From a virus (Duplodnaviria > Caudoviricetes), in the IMG/VR virus record IMGVR_UViG_3300032278_002689, positions 1 to 59,083 of that record: a stretch of DNA of 59,083 bases; one strand, given 5' to 3'. The notes below the pieces were generated by a model, which saw nothing but the letters and a program-made list of their open reading frames with translations, made no database searches and was not told the DNA's origin. A program made the translations under genes and the position numbers. This document shows, in pieces, positions 1 to 10,207 of the stretch; position 1 is the stretch's first letter, and each line of letters opens with the position of its first letter.

Positions 1-1
1 A

Positions 2-2734
2 ATTTGCAAAAAGTCCTTTTCCGAGAGTTGCTAATCCATTAAAATTATTCATAAATGTATCAAATTTACTTACATCAGGACCCTGAGCAAAAAATACAAC
101 AGCACCAGAATATTTTAAATTATTAAGTTCGCTTAATGCTTTTGGAATACCATCAGGCTCTATTTCTTGATCCTGTATACTTGGTCTTAAAACTTTTCTT
201 TTTACTTTTTTATCTAATCCAGTATAAGGATCTTGTATTACGGTTTCCGACTCAACTGTTTCCAGACTTATTTCATGTACTTTATTTTTTGCAGTTTGTA
301 CTAGTTTTAAAGTCGATAATTGTTTTTTAAACTCCGCAACACCATCTCCACTAAATTGTGCCGTATAAAGACCAGCCGCATTTAATCCTTGCGAAAAAAA
401 TGCAATTAATTGTTGAATTTGATCATTTAATCTTTGTATTGCTTTTATCTGTCTTTCTAAAAATTTTATATATTGATCTATAGATTTAGATATATCTTCA
501 ACTTGTTTTTTGAATTTTTTTATCTGACCAATTGCTTCTTGTATTGTTGATCCATATGCTGGAAATAAATCTGAAATTCTTACATATTTCCAATTAGGAG
601 AAACATTCTTATTTGCTGAATACAATACAAACGGCTGATTAGGAGGTTGGGGTCCTTTGGGATCTTCTGCGGGTATTGTTGTTTGCCAAGAATATACTAC
701 ACCATTTGGGGGATCTATAAATTTTGAAATATCAAAAATATTAAGAAATTCTGTATCAAATGATCCATCATGATTTAAAAATCCCAATTCAAAATCAAGT
801 TTATTCATTGCGGTGGGTCTTGATATTGTAGTTCCCACTTCTTCGGGTGTTGGATAAACAAAAACTTTTTCTTTCGTTAAAGAACTCATATTTTCTATGG
901 GCACACCATTGATTTTAATATTAGCAACATAATAATTTACACCTAATCCTGGAAGTGCATCTAACATTTTTCCGTAATTAAATTGCATTTTACCACCGGT
1001 GAACCATGAAGACTTACTAAATTCATCAGAGAATTCCAGTGGTTTCAAAAATGAATGGGTAATCCTCATTCCTTTTTTAACTCCTGCTAAAAAATTCATA
1101 TATGAAGATACAATATTCTCACTATCATCACCACCCAATAATGTGTTTAATCCTTTATCGAATTGCCCAAACTCATCACTAGCTTCTGAATTTTGACATG
1201 TTTTTCTAATTAGCTGACCTGTTATATTATTGGGTATAATATCTGTTATTAAGTTATCGGCGCTCACTATTGTTCCCCAAAACTGGCCCTCTGTTCTTTC
1301 AACTGGTTTTTCTAATGTATCTGTTCTAAAAATTACATGCTTGGATGGAGAAATGGGCTCTTTTGTAATTGCTCGGACAATTGGTATTGTAGCTGAATTA
1401 ATAGATTTCTGATTTGTTTTTATAAATTCACCTCTGGCGCCTTTTACTTTAACTCTATTGTCTAAAATCATACCCTTCTTAATAACTATTGGATAATGTT
1501 CAATAACTTCAGCAGAAAAACTATTAAATCCTAATACTCCCCCCTCTTGAACAAGCAGGTCGCCTGGTCTAAACATGTTTATTTTTCCACCTACTTTATA
1601 TTTTCCATCATCAAGTCCAATCGTAGGTTTAAAATCCCCACCTTCAAAAAACCACTCTGAATGCTTTTTCGGATCATCATCGAATCCTTTTGATAAAGGC
1701 TCTCCTAGTGAAATTGTTAATACTCTTTCATCAAAAACACCAGGACTATTTTTCCTCATAAAGTCCACTAATTCCTCACCAATAATATCACCAAAATAAT
1801 CAGCAAATGATTGTGCAATTTGAATCACCCCATTTATTGATGGAAGAGCGAACAGCAACATAAATGCTTTATAAGGACCAGATCCAGTTGGCTTATTACT
1901 ATCAGGAGATGATCCTGATAAAGATTCTATGATTTTTCTTACACATTCTTCGGGCGGCAATTCTCTAACAAATAGGTTTTTTTGTGTAAACTTTATGCTG
2001 GAGTGAAGTGAATCTCTTGCAACATCTAAGGCTTGACCAGTAAGTGATTGATCACCAGCAGTTGAAAGACCTTTGGCGGCTTCGAAACTTCCTTGACGAA
2101 GTGCTACTTCTTTCGCTAACTTACGACCGGCGGCGGCTTGTTCAGAATCAGCATAAAAAGGAGTTGTTGAACCTGACCACATTTCTGGATGGAAAAAATT
2201 ACGAATACCCAACATTGTATCATAAACCACATCTTTTGTTTGAAAAGGATATCCATCGGTACCCCTTTCAATTACTTGATCGGGAGTTAGTAAGGTCTCT
2301 CCATTTCTTGTTTCTACAAAAGTACCACGTTCACTAATTTTCAAAGAATTAACATCAATCCCTTTCATAGCGGCGGCAAGTGCAACTATTGATTCATCCA
2401 ATTTATCAGTTTGCAATTGTGAAGGATATGTTCCGTGTTCCCAAGGCCAAACGGTAACACTACCAAATCCTAAACTTTGCATTTCTTCAAGTGCTTCTAT
2501 CAAAGAATCAATAGTCGCAATTAGAGCCTCAGTAAGAGGATTTTTAATCGCCTGTAAAAATAATTTTGTTGCTTGAAAAAATTGAATTAACGTATCTGCA
2601 ACTCTTGAAAATTCAGCGCCAAATGCCGATAATCCCTCTAAAAATGCATTTAAAGCAACTCCCGCTTCACCTGAAAAAGGTGAATTTTTCATTTGTTTTA
2701 AAACAATTTCATTTTCTGATTCAGCTTCAGCCAT
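2..2734 (-). CDS. Large uncharacterised protein (>911 aa, 3' end outside window), probably baseplate/virion-associated
   Basis: Absent from the ORF track because it has no stop in the window. I read the frame from ATG 2734 (MAEAESENEIVLKQMKNSPFSGEAG...) to position 2 without a stop. The C-terminal part is coiled-coil-like (PNWKYVRISDLFP...QIKKFKKQVEDISKSIDQYIKFLERQIKAIQRLNDQIQQL). It lies just downstream of gp5. Confidence 0.85.
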   Translation of the reverse strand, partial: MAEAESENEIVLKQMKNSPFSGEAGVALNAFLEGLSAFGAEFSRVADTLIQFFQATKLFLQAIKNPLTEALIATIDSLIEALEEMQSLGFGSVTVWPWEHGTYPSQLQTDKLDESIVALAAAMKGIDVNSLKISERGTFVETRNGETLLTPDQVIERGTDGYPFQTKDVVYDTMLGIRNFFHPEMWSGSTTPFYADSEQAAAGRKLAKEVALRQGSFEAAKGLSTAGDQSLTGQALDVARDSLHSSIKFTQKNLFVRELPPEECVRKIIESLSGSSPDSNKPTGSGPYKAFMLLFALPSINGVIQIAQSFADYFGDIIGEELVDFMRKNSPGVFDERVLTISLGEPLSKGFDDDPKKHSEWFFEGGDFKPTIGLDDGKYKVGGKINMFRPGDLLVQEGGVLGFNSFSAEVIEHYPIVIKKGMILDNRVKVKGARGEFIKTNQKSINSATIPIVRAITKEPISPSKHVIFRTDTLEKPVERTEGQFWGTIVSADNLITDIIPNNITGQLIRKTCQNSEASDEFGQFDKGLNTLLGGDDSENIVSSYMNFLAGVKKGMRITHSFLKPLEFSDEFSKSSWFTGGKMQFNYGKMLDALPGLGVNYYVANIKINGVPIENMSSLTKEKVFVYPTPEEVGTTISRPTAMNKLDFELGFLNHDGSFDTEFLNIFDISKFIDPPNGVVYSWQTTIPAEDPKGPQPPNQPFVLYSANKNVSPNWKYVRISDLFPAYGSTIQEAIGQIKKFKKQVEDISKSIDQYIKFLERQIKAIQRLNDQIQQLIAFFSQGLNAAGLYTAQFSGDGVAEFKKQLSTLKLVQTAKNKVHEISLETVESETVIQDPYTGLDKKVKRKVLRPSIQDQEIEPDGIPKALSELNNLKYSGAVVFFAQGPDVSKFDTFMNNFNGLATLGKGLFAN

Positions 2735-2894
2735 TATTTTCCGTTTCTTTTAATTGTTTTTTAGAACTATCTAATTCACTCTTTAAAAATGTTAAATAAT
2801 CATTATTAAAATTTAAAACCTTATCTAAAAGTTCTAACATATTTCCATTAATTACTGGTTTTTGTTCTAAAATAATTTCTTCTTCTTTATTCAT
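2727..2894 (-). CDS. Small hypothetical helical protein (55 aa)
   Basis: MNKEEEIILEQKPVINGNMLELLDKVLNFNNDYLTFLKSELDSSKKQLKETENNG*. The ATG overlaps the gp5 stop (ATGA), the stop overlaps the next start, and it fills the gap exactly. Confidence 0.7.
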   Translation of the reverse strand: MNKEEEIILEQKPVINGNMLELLDKVLNFNNDYLTFLKSELDSSKKQLKETENNG

Positions 2895-4906
2895 TTTTTA
2901 AACACCATATCTATTTCTGTATCAAATTCAAGAAATTGATCCAAATTAATGATACTAGAAGTTGGCCCCACAGGCGTGACTAAAGACATATTTTTTAATG
3001 CCTTCGATAATTTTTTTAATAAAGTATGAACATCAGATTGTGCCGCTGTTATAGAAACATGTCCCGCAGTATCTATTTTCATAGCGCCATTTTTATTTTT
3101 AAGTTCGATGTCTGTACCAGCATCAACAGAAAAATTTGTTCCTGCACTTTGTGCAATTGCTCCTATTTCAGCCACTGCTTTAATATTTCCGAATTTAGTA
3201 TTAAGATCCATTCCAGCTATATTTAATTCTAAAGATGATGAGCCTCCAGCAGGTCCACTATGTAATTGAATCGGCATAGCAGGAGTTGTAGCTTCAAGAG
3301 TAATTGGTCCAAAAGTACATTGTTTCGACATGCCATAAGCAGGTGCTCCTGTTACTATTTCAGATGAGCTTATTCCAACTGTTTCTTCAGATTTTCCACC
3401 TATAGACATTTTATAATTTCCTGCAACGGCTGGACCGAAATTTGTACACACTAATTCTAAATCTCCAGTATCGACAGCATACGATTCTGCTATTTGTTTG
3501 ACAGACTTATTCCCATCTCCCATTTCAACGCCCATTTTTTGAACCAACATTGATGATTCGCCTGGATCTTTTGATGTTCCCTTAACTATAAGATTTCTTG
3601 CTGAAATAACCATATCACCATCTTTTAGATCGATATTATAATTTCCGCTCTTAATTTCTAAACCCACATCACCAGCTCCATCAAAAAGTATTTTACTGGC
3701 ACCTCCTCCTCTAGAATTATAAACATGATTCATTGATCCTTCAATATGTTTTACTTCATCACCATAAACATGAGAATGAACATCTGCATCACAAAGAAAA
3801 TAAGACTTGCCCACAACATTATCAATTCTAGAACCATCTGGTAAAAATTCAAGAAAACTTTGAGTTCTGTGTAACAATCTAATTCTTTCAGCCCCTGGAG
3901 AATCATCTAATTCAAATAAATGTCCACTTTCAGTATATGTAACATGATTATAAGGATATTCAGGATTAAATCCATCTGGTGGTATTCCCCATTCATCACC
4001 CAGAGCTTTCTTAATTCCTTTATGTAAATTCCCCTGAGTTGCGCTTAAACTGGCTGTAATTCTATGAGCCTTCATAATAATTTGGGACTGAGGATGAACA
4101 GTAGAATGTGGTGTAGGCGTTACCCCTGCTTCATGTTTTCTTAAAAATTTTATTCTATTTAAACCAAGCAAAGTCGTTGATGGTAAAGACATAAGTGGCA
4201 CACCACTATTATCAAATATCATTCTATTTTCATCAGGATGTCTAGAATAAAGTTGAGAAACTAACAACGGTGCATTGTTTGCTTTAACGGGCTCCGTCTC
4301 CGGCAATGCTGTTTCAGGTTTCTTATAAACATTTGCTTGAATTTTAGATTCATCTTCATTTTTTCCAAACCATAATTTTCCACCTTTCATTGGAGTTTCA
4401 CCAGCGAATTCATAAGTTGTCGGTTCAAAATATTGAGAATGTTCTATAACTTTTGCAGGCATACCTGAATTAAATCTATCAATATAAAGAGGAGGATAGG
4501 GAGCATTTAATCTTTCTTCAATTGATCTAGAATCATTAAATCCTTTATCGGGATTTGAAAAATTTTCAGGAATACCACCAGATGTTCCTAAAATAACTGG
4601 TTCTTGTCCTTCTCTTCCATCTCTAAAAAAACCAAATACATGAGTACCTTCTACTAATCCAGTAGGAGTAGAACCAATTCCAGATATTGCCGCTGATGTT
4701 ATTGATTGAATAACATCTGCCCAAGGAAGGTCTTCTGTAGGTATTAGTAATTTATCATCTGTATGAAATCCAATACATCTTACTTTAACTCTTCCAAGAA
4801 AAAGTGGATCTTTTCTATCTTCTACAACACCATAGAACCAGACAAAACCCTCCGTTCCCATAAAATCTCTAGTATCACTACTGTTTAAAATATTTGAACT
4901 ATTCAT
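2891..4906 (-). CDS. gp5: Baseplate central spike gp5-like (OB-fold plus beta-helix; no recognisable lysozyme domain)
   Basis: N-terminal FVWFYGVVEDRKDPLFLGRVKVRCIGFH...LPWA...VFGFFRDG and YPYNHVTYTESGHLFELDDSPGAERIRLLHR are T4 gp5 signatures. Confidence 0.92.
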   Translation of the reverse strand: MNSSNILNSSDTRDFMGTEGFVWFYGVVEDRKDPLFLGRVKVRCIGFHTDDKLLIPTEDLPWADVIQSITSAAISGIGSTPTGLVEGTHVFGFFRDGREGQEPVILGTSGGIPENFSNPDKGFNDSRSIEERLNAPYPPLYIDRFNSGMPAKVIEHSQYFEPTTYEFAGETPMKGGKLWFGKNEDESKIQANVYKKPETALPETEPVKANNAPLLVSQLYSRHPDENRMIFDNSGVPLMSLPSTTLLGLNRIKFLRKHEAGVTPTPHSTVHPQSQIIMKAHRITASLSATQGNLHKGIKKALGDEWGIPPDGFNPEYPYNHVTYTESGHLFELDDSPGAERIRLLHRTQSFLEFLPDGSRIDNVVGKSYFLCDADVHSHVYGDEVKHIEGSMNHVYNSRGGGASKILFDGAGDVGLEIKSGNYNIDLKDGDMVISARNLIVKGTSKDPGESSMLVQKMGVEMGDGNKSVKQIAESYAVDTGDLELVCTNFGPAVAGNYKMSIGGKSEETVGISSSEIVTGAPAYGMSKQCTFGPITLEATTPAMPIQLHSGPAGGSSSLELNIAGMDLNTKFGNIKAVAEIGAIAQSAGTNFSVDAGTDIELKNKNGAMKIDTAGHVSITAAQSDVHTLLKKLSKALKNMSLVTPVGPTSSIINLDQFLEFDTEIDMVFKK

Positions 4907-6561
4907 ATATTATCTCTTTCATCTGCTTCTTTCTTCGCATCATCAAAAGTTTGTTCAGACTCAAATTCCACCTTTCCTAATCTAGTAAACAATGTATCTT
5001 TTGCTAATTCCAGGGTTGTTAGATAACTATTGCCATGTACTACTGCATGTTGAACTTTCGTTATCAAATATAATCCTGTATAAAAAGAATGCTGTTCATC
5101 TGGATAATAATTTGAAGGATATTTTAGTTCTATTATTTCACCAATAACTCTATTATGATCACCTGGTATTGTTATTTGCGTTATTATATTTTTAATTTGT
5201 CTTGATTGAGAATAACTTTGTATCAACCATCTCTCCACTTGTTTATCTACAGAAATAGCACCTTTATCATTTTCTGTCATAATATTTTGTAATAACTTTG
5301 TAATCATTTTTTCATTATGCTGAAAATTTGTTGATGCATATTTATAAAATGTTTCGGATTTATCTACTCCATAATGGGCCTCGTTTGTTAATGGATTAGT
5401 TGTTCCACCAACATGTCTAAAATTTGAAAATTGGTCATAATAATCATATTCATAATAAGTTACTTTATGATTTGCTTTATATAATTTGTTAGTAAATCTC
5501 ACATCTTCATCTCCCGCTGGAATATATGGAGTAGAAGATGATTGATGTATAGTACCGATTCTTTGAGTTGTTGGATCATAAGTCAACAATCTTCCCGAAT
5601 ACATTCCTTCAATTAAATTATTTAAAACATTAAAAGTAGATTGTAATTTGTATCGAACAACCGTAAATTCTTTTTGAGCTACTGTGGAATTTATAATTTC
5701 GGCTGGTCGTATTACATAAGAAACCATTGGTATTTCAACTGATGATGCCTGTGCCGCCTTCTTGATTCTTAAAGCCTTTTGAAGACCATAATCCATGCCA
5801 GTTTCTTCTAATGCTGTTATATCTGAATCTTCAATGTCAGCAGGAGACTGGGTTATTAAAGGATGTAACAAGTCAGACAATGTTTTAAAATAAAAACCAA
5901 ATTTATTCTCATAAAATATAAATTTTCCAAAATTTGCAGTTTTTTCTCTTTGTAGCATTTCAACATTTGAAGCAACAGATTTTTTAACAACCATATCTAT
6001 TGCTTGAAAAGGTCTTACTGTAGGAAATACAAAATGCATTCCATAAAAAGTTCCATCTGTACCACCCTTTTTGTCAAAATGTAAATCTTTTACATGGTTA
6101 ACAAAAGAATCTGATGCTATATACTTCTCATATATGTCTTCAACAATATCAGATCCCAACCAAGATTTATATGATCTTGATACTCTATTTCTTAAATTTG
6201 CAATAAACTCATCTGAACAAAAATCCAATACATAAAATCTAGTAGTACCCTCTTCTATAGTAGCGGATCTTTTAACAATTGTAAATTCAGCATCCCAATC
6301 TGGTCCCTCCAGTAATTTATTTTTTAACTCTATACGTATTCTTTCTTGTCCAATAAGAGGAATTCTTTCATCTAGTCCAGAGACATCAAATATTTTTACA
6401 TCACCAATTATAACATTACTTTCAAATAAAGATTCAGTTAATGTAAATCCTGCAATTGCTGAATTATTATCAGAATCGATTACATATGGTACTCCTTTAT
6501 AGTTTGTAATAGTTATTTTCCAGTTTGATTCGGTACTAAAATTGGAAAGGTCTTCTGACAT
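4903..6561 (-). CDS. Baseplate hub protein, gp27-like
   Basis: ESLF...GDVKIFD...IPLIGQERI, FIFYENKFGFYFKTL and IPGD...IGEII...YTGLYLITKVQH resemble gp27/gpD-type hub proteins. Position between gp53 and gp5. Confidence 0.7.
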   Translation of the reverse strand: MSEDLSNFSTESNWKITITNYKGVPYVIDSDNNSAIAGFTLTESLFESNVIIGDVKIFDVSGLDERIPLIGQERIRIELKNKLLEGPDWDAEFTIVKRSATIEEGTTRFYVLDFCSDEFIANLRNRVSRSYKSWLGSDIVEDIYEKYIASDSFVNHVKDLHFDKKGGTDGTFYGMHFVFPTVRPFQAIDMVVKKSVASNVEMLQREKTANFGKFIFYENKFGFYFKTLSDLLHPLITQSPADIEDSDITALEETGMDYGLQKALRIKKAAQASSVEIPMVSYVIRPAEIINSTVAQKEFTVVRYKLQSTFNVLNNLIEGMYSGRLLTYDPTTQRIGTIHQSSSTPYIPAGDEDVRFTNKLYKANHKVTYYEYDYYDQFSNFRHVGGTTNPLTNEAHYGVDKSETFYKYASTNFQHNEKMITKLLQNIMTENDKGAISVDKQVERWLIQSYSQSRQIKNIITQITIPGDHNRVIGEIIELKYPSNYYPDEQHSFYTGLYLITKVQHAVVHGNSYLTTLELAKDTLFTRLGKVEFESEQTFDDAKKEADERDNI

Positions 6562-6572
6562 ATTATATCCTA

Positions 6573-7151
6573 TTAACTAGCATAAATGCTTCTTAACTCA
6601 TTCATAATCTGTTTGGAATAAGTATTTTCTATTAAAATTATTTCTTTTTTCTCATTATTTTTCATAATTTCATAATCATAATTGTATATTATTTTTCTTT
6701 CTGTCTCTCCAAGAGCATCATATGTTTCTTCATTAATGATTACAGTTTTTTCCAAAATTTTACCAGTATCCGCCGTTTTATTAGAACCACTTCTTAATAT
6801 TTGCTCATAATGATGGATTTCTATTCTTGCAGAATCAAGCGATCCATACTTTTCTTTAATAAAATTTACCAGATCATCTCCAAATAAAGGCCAATCATAT
6901 AAAGGATCTTGAATTTGATTTGCTAAAAATATTAAATAGGTATAATCTGAAGACCCATAATATTGTTGTGCTATAATATCGGGTCTTTCGTGTTCTTTTA
7001 TTCGATATGGATGATATGAAGAAATATTTTTTAAAACTTCATTATTTACATTTACTCTAGACAATAAACTTGTTGCAAGTGTTCCTCTAACAGGTTTAAC
7101 TTTATCCATATTATAAAAAAATGTTTTATAATTTTTAAAAAATTCTGACAT
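6573..7151 (-). CDS. gp53: Baseplate wedge subunit gp53 (LysM-like)
   Basis: YRIKEHERPDIIAQQYYG...LIFLANQIQDPLYDWPL...IHHYE...YDYEIMKNNEKKEI. Confidence 0.9.
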   Translation of the reverse strand: MSEFFKNYKTFFYNMDKVKPVRGTLATSLLSRVNVNNEVLKNISSYHPYRIKEHERPDIIAQQYYGSSDYTYLIFLANQIQDPLYDWPLFGDDLVNFIKEKYGSLDSARIEIHHYEQILRSGSNKTADTGKILEKTVIINEETYDALGETERKIIYNYDYEIMKNNEKKEIILIENTYSKQIMNELRSIYAS

Positions 7152-8248
7152 TAATAATCCTCCGCATGTGATCTATCAAGGGTAAAGTTTTCTTTAAATT
7201 GAAGCTGTAAGCCTATTGTTGTCGGTAATCCATTTTCTTCAAAAAATTTAGGCGAATATTTTGTTTTAAGTGATACTAAAAAAGAATTTCCTATACGATG
7301 CAAATATGTATTTTCTTTCATATTACTATAAAATTGAATTCTATAAGAATTAGGAAAAGAAAAGAAAGCGGAATTCATTTTATTCGAAATCTTTAATGTT
7401 GTTTTTTTAGCACTATCAAAACCTGGATGTCCTGGTGACATGTTTTGTCTATCATATGACACTACTTCACTCTCGGGATCCTTATTTTCTAGGTTTATCT
7501 GATTCAATCCTGGTAGCATTCCATATTTTAAATTTGCTATAATTTTCATAAGTGTTTCAGATTCAATCGCAGATTTAGGATTAAATTCAAAAGCAAAAGA
7601 ATGTTCTCGTAATTTTTTTATTCCTGTAAATATAAGAGAAGTATATGGATTTCTTGCCTCCCTCATAGACATAGATGCTATTTGCTCTCCTTTTGCACTT
7701 GAAGGAGCTAATGATCCAAAGGCACTTACTACATTAAATTTAATTCTATTTGCAAAATCTCCTCTAAAATCATCACTATTATAATATGGCTCAACTTGTT
7801 TCACTACATCATCTTTCATTCTTCCATAAAAATCCAATGTATTTGATAGAAAACCACCGCTCCCTTCATTTGCAAAACTAGCATAATTTTCTCTTAAATC
7901 ATCTGTTATTTGTTGTGCATTTTGGGATAAAATGTCTCCAAAAATACCCAAATTCACATCAGAATAATCTGCAGAATATTGTGTTTTTAATGAACCAACA
8001 GGCAAGTGTAAAATAAAACTTTTGCCTCGGTCATAAAAATGACTTGATTCATTACCAGAAGTAACTCCTTCCATACCAGTCTGCCCATTAAATGCATCAT
8101 TACCTTTAGAGGGTGGATTGAATATTAATTCTGATATTATCATAAAATGTTGCAACCCTTTAGTTGTAGCAATGCCCTTGGGATATTCAAATCTTTTTTC
8201 ACCTGTTAATTTATTTAAAGAGCTACTCGGATCTGTTGATCTGGTCAT
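7151..8248 (-). CDS. gp48: Baseplate tail-tube cap, gp48-like
   Basis: NPYTSLIFTG...REHSFAFEFNPKSAIESETL...FSFPNSYRIQF...LQLQFKE. Confidence 0.75.
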   Translation of the reverse strand: MTRSTDPSSSLNKLTGEKRFEYPKGIATTKGLQHFMIISELIFNPPSKGNDAFNGQTGMEGVTSGNESSHFYDRGKSFILHLPVGSLKTQYSADYSDVNLGIFGDILSQNAQQITDDLRENYASFANEGSGGFLSNTLDFYGRMKDDVVKQVEPYYNSDDFRGDFANRIKFNVVSAFGSLAPSSAKGEQIASMSMREARNPYTSLIFTGIKKLREHSFAFEFNPKSAIESETLMKIIANLKYGMLPGLNQINLENKDPESEVVSYDRQNMSPGHPGFDSAKKTTLKISNKMNSAFFSFPNSYRIQFYSNMKENTYLHRIGNSFLVSLKTKYSPKFFEENGLPTTIGLQLQFKENFTLDRSHAEDY

Positions 8249-8249
8249 A

Positions 8250-9140
8250 TTATCCTCCGCTCAACTTATACATAGCACCATAATCTTCAAAACATCTTTC
8301 TCTAGTATAAATCTCAGTTTCTTTAACTGTTATATTTAATGTAGCAGTTAATGGTGCATTTGTTCTTTTAAAGAAAGTGGGATTTACCGTTCCTGCTGAA
8401 TAATCAATTGTAAAATTCTGTATAACTGCTTTTCGAATTTTTATTAACTTATCCTTATTTGTTTTACTATAATTTCCAGTTGTGGGAAAAAATGAAATAT
8501 TAACTTTATCGGGCATTTTTAAAATACCTGTACTTTGAGAAGACATTTCATCAGTCTGTCTTGTTCTTACTTTTTCGGGCAACATTGCATTTTTAAAAGT
8601 TTCAATAATTTCTTTTATGATATTACTTTCGGTAGAATTTTTAGGTATAAGAATAAAAGAAAAAGAAAATTCTCTAAATCCTACACTATTAAATACATTT
8701 GTAATATAAGGATTTTGTATTGTATTTAATCCCTTTGCGGCTCCGGCCTTTAAACCAGGAGTTCCACTTAATACTACATCTGTGGCTATTCTGGCAAAGG
8801 TTCCTGAATTAAAAGAAGATAATCCTGTTTTTGCAATATTCGATAAACGATCTATGCTTATATTTCCTGCTGAAGCCCCTACTGCGATTGCACCAACAAC
8901 ATCAAATTCAACATTATCATATTTTACATTAATAGCATCATTTATTTCTGGAAAAGGCAACACTACACAAGAACTAATTTCTGATTTCCCCCCCTTAATA
9001 GTAATAAATTCAAATAAACAAAATTTTCTTGCTTCTGGTTCTTTCGCAGGAGATCCAAGATTTTCTGGAAATCTATGGATAGGAACACCTGTTCTTGCAT
9101 TAATTACACTTTTTATTTTAGTTTCTGCATCTGTAGACAT
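8250..9140 (-). CDS. gp48: Baseplate tail-tube cap, gp48-like (second paralog)
   Basis: NPYITNVFNSVGFREFSFSFILIPKNSTES...LKMPD...LNITVKETEIYTR. Confidence 0.78.
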   Translation of the reverse strand: MSTDAETKIKSVINARTGVPIHRFPENLGSPAKEPEARKFCLFEFITIKGGKSEISSCVVLPFPEINDAINVKYDNVEFDVVGAIAVGASAGNISIDRLSNIAKTGLSSFNSGTFARIATDVVLSGTPGLKAGAAKGLNTIQNPYITNVFNSVGFREFSFSFILIPKNSTESNIIKEIIETFKNAMLPEKVRTRQTDEMSSQSTGILKMPDKVNISFFPTTGNYSKTNKDKLIKIRKAVIQNFTIDYSAGTVNPTFFKRTNAPLTATLNITVKETEIYTRERCFEDYGAMYKLSGG

Positions 9141-9152
9141 TATACTCCTTGT

Positions 9153-9160
9153 TATACATA
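9153..9160 (+). promoter_or_regulatory. Putative T4-type late promoter TATACATA for gp4
   Basis: One mismatch to TATAAATA, 9 nt upstream of ATG 9170, in a divergent intergenic gap. Confidence 0.5.
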
Positions 9161-9161
9161 A

Positions 9162-9169
9162 TATTTAGC
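9162..9169 (-). promoter_or_regulatory. Putative late promoter GCTAAATA for the gp48-gp53-gp27-gp5 unit
   Basis: The minus strand reads GCTAAATA-TTATGTATAAC-AAGGAG-TATA-ATG. The same octamer precedes gp2 and the 21723 gene. Confidence 0.65.
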
Positions 9170-9613
9170 ATGAGTTACAAAGGAAAATATAAAATAAAGA
9201 ATTTGGAGAAATATAAAGGAGATCCTACTAAGATAACTTACCGTTCTTTATGGGAAAAAAAATTCATGAATTATTGTGAAGGAAATCCCATGGTTATTGA
9301 ATGGTCAAGTGAAGAAATAGTTGTGCCTTATAAATCTCCTATAGATAAAAGAATACACAGATATTTTCCTGATTTTTGGATTAAGATAAAAAGGAAAAAC
9401 GGTTTAACAGAATGTATTCTTATAGAAGTCAAACCCAAAAAACAAACATCGCCCCCCAAAAAACCCAAAAGAGTAACAAGAAAAACAAACAAAAAATATT
9501 TATCTGAAGTATACACATTTGGTGTAAATGAAGCAAAATGGAAAGCGGCTACAGAGTTTTGTAAAAACAGAAAGTGGAGATTTAAAATCATTACAGAAGA
9601 TCATCTTTTTTAG
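9170..9613 (+). CDS. gp4: Head completion nuclease gp4 (TnsA-like fold)
   Basis: MSYKGKY...KYKGDPTKITYRSLWEKKFM...WSSEE...YFPDF...IEVKP...NEAKWKAA...ITEDHL. Start moved from TTG 9149 to ATG 9170. Confidence 0.93.
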   Translation: MSYKGKYKIKNLEKYKGDPTKITYRSLWEKKFMNYCEGNPMVIEWSSEEIVVPYKSPIDKRIHRYFPDFWIKIKRKNGLTECILIEVKPKKQTSPPKKPKRVTRKTNKKYLSEVYTFGVNEAKWKAATEFCKNRKWRFKIITEDHLF

Positions 9614-9620
9614 CTAAATA
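9613..9620 (+). promoter_or_regulatory. Putative late promoter GCTAAATA (near-leaderless) for gp2
   Basis: Octamer ends 5 nt before ATG 9626, with no Shine-Dalgarno in between. Confidence 0.6.
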
Positions 9621-9625
9621 TAACT

Positions 9626-10207
9626 ATGGCACAACAAGATCAAACGTTTTTAGATAAATTAAAAAACGCACTAAGAAGAAATGAAGGACAACCAAAAACA
9701 CGTAATGCATCACAATGGTTTCGCAGAAAGGTCGGTGCCCTAAGAGCAGAGTTAAGAAGTAGATTTAGTGAAGTTGATACTGCAGACGAATTTTATAAAA
9801 CTGCTAAAAAATCAGGTGCAGGAACAATATCTCCTGGTGCGATGGCATCATATTTTTATGATCCAAAAACTAAAGAAAAAATGAAATATTATGATAGATT
9901 TCCATTGATCATGTGTGTAAAAATGTATGGAAATGGGTTTCTTGGTTTAAATTTTCATTATCTTCCACCATTACTTAGAGCAAAATTGATGGATGCTATT
10001 GATCGTTCTAAGGGTGTAAACTATGAAGCACTTTCAAGAATTAAAGTACTTAAACCAACAGTAAAAAGATATTTATATAAACACATAACATCTAGAGTTG
10101 TAATTGTAGATGAAGATGAAAAAGAAATTGCATTATTTTTACCAACAGAAAGATTTAAAAAAGAAAACAAACTTGTCGTTTGGGGAGATAGTAGGAGAAT
10201 GATATAA
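9626..10207 (+). CDS. gp2: DNA end protector gp2
   Basis: YFYDPKTKEKMKYYDRFPL...FLGLNFHYLPP...KRYL...LPTERF...VWGDSRR. Confidence 0.92.
   Translation: MAQQDQTFLDKLKNALRRNEGQPKTRNASQWFRRKVGALRAELRSRFSEVDTADEFYKTAKKSGAGTISPGAMASYFYDPKTKEKMKYYDRFPLIMCVKMYGNGFLGLNFHYLPPLLRAKLMDAIDRSKGVNYEALSRIKVLKPTVKRYLYKHITSRVVIVDEDEKEIALFLPTERFKKENKLVVWGDSRRMI

Noticed and set aside
136-2799. Short + strand ORFs in the track
   Set aside because: They are shadows of the long minus-strand gene 2-2734.
8782-9168. 128-aa + strand ORF
   Set aside because: Antisense to a gp48-like gene; no RBS or motif.
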